Source: Macrostomum lignano
Lineage: Eukaryota
Direction of reading: 5' to 3'
Length of the DNA stretch: 64,000 nucleotides
Assembly (NCBI GenBank): GCA_002269645.1
Contig: NIVC01003580.1
Coordinates: forward strand, 1-64,000
Shown here in pieces: positions 63,331 to 64,000 of this stretch (within the stretch, counting starts at the first letter, position 1; every line of letters starts with the position of its first letter). The notes under the pieces were generated by a model. That model was not told the origin of the DNA. It ran no database searches and worked only from the letters and a program-made list of their open reading frames with translations. Both the position numbers and the translations under genes were made by a program.

Positions 63331-63598
63331 CTAAGGAAAGCGGGTAAGTGGATAGCAAGAGGAATAAAGATCTTTTAGTCCTAGGACTTTAACTGCAAGA
63401 TTGTGATTACATTTTGGCGAGCGAATGGGGTGCAATGAATCTCAAGGCCATAGTGTGCAGGAATATGCGAAAAAAACGAAAATGGAAGAGTGACACAACA
63501 AAATGCATGCAACCAGGCACTCTAAATCACTTTTCTCGAATTTTCTCTCCCAGCTAATAGCTAGCTTAAAGCCAAAACTAAACTAAACTAAGTTGTAC

Positions 63599-64000
63599 CT
63601 ATGGCTCCCTGAAGAGCATCGTCTACGATGCCGCCTGCCGCCTGCTGCATCGCCGCCTCCGCCTCCCCAGATGCCTCCTCTTCCGAATCGCCATGGAAAA
63701 CCTGAACATCTGTGCTGTGCCTCGTGATCACTCGGCGTCGAACAACGCTTCCGTCGGGTAGAATCTCCTCGGCTTCTTCAACCGTTTCCTCCGGACCCTC
63801 CTGGTGCTGGTTACTCAGCGACTGATCGTCCTCCTCGTCGGGATAGTAGCGAGCGTGTCGGTGCTCGAGGCAAGCGTCCGCGGTGCCGGCTCGCTGAAGC
63901 ACTTCGTCTGCGCAGCCCTCCGTGACGATGCGCTCAGTCACTTCTTGGACGACACGACGACGAACGATTCGCTTCCGCACCACTGTGCCGTCTGGCAGGC
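63599..64000 (-). CDS. Upstream exon of the same gene (runs off the window) with two LPDG[TS]VVR[KR]R[IV] motifs
   Basis: LPDGTVVRKRIVRRRVV and EEILPDGSVVRRRVITR, reminiscent of the ankyrin C-terminal TDExGNIVTKKIIRK-type motif; phase-1 donor ATA G|gtacaa fits the 63330 acceptor. Confidence 0.7.

Overview
This window is eukaryotic, intron-containing metazoan DNA, not prokaryotic, and I found no CRISPR array, rRNA or bona fide tRNA. GC-rich exons, very abundant minisatellites and the gene content resemble a free-living flatworm such as Macrostomum, but that assignment is inference. Genes reconstructed by hand from GT-AG sites and phase matching: two tandem fatty-acid-binding-protein (FABP/iLBP) paralogs (+); a short RING plus SINA-type zinc-finger gene (-); a 7-EC protocadherin (-) whose reading frame needs five single-base insertions; a complete 5-exon MORC3/4-like GHKL ATPase with a CW finger (-); a complete 3-exon importin alpha-3/4 clade gene (-); a possible unannotated spliced locus near 41-42 kb (-); and the 3' part of a very large acidic protein gene (-) with 5.5 kb and 6.4 kb exons, most likely a giant ankyrin, carrying two unrelated coding tandem repeats. 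About half of the introns each hold their own unrelated minisatellite. The 36.9-46.9 kb interval is a cluster of nested DNA transposon derivatives: two long-TIR Tc1/mariner elements retaining only the DNA-binding domain, hAT-like MITEs and foldback elements. A tRNA-headed CORE-type SINE lies at about 17.7-18.1 kb.
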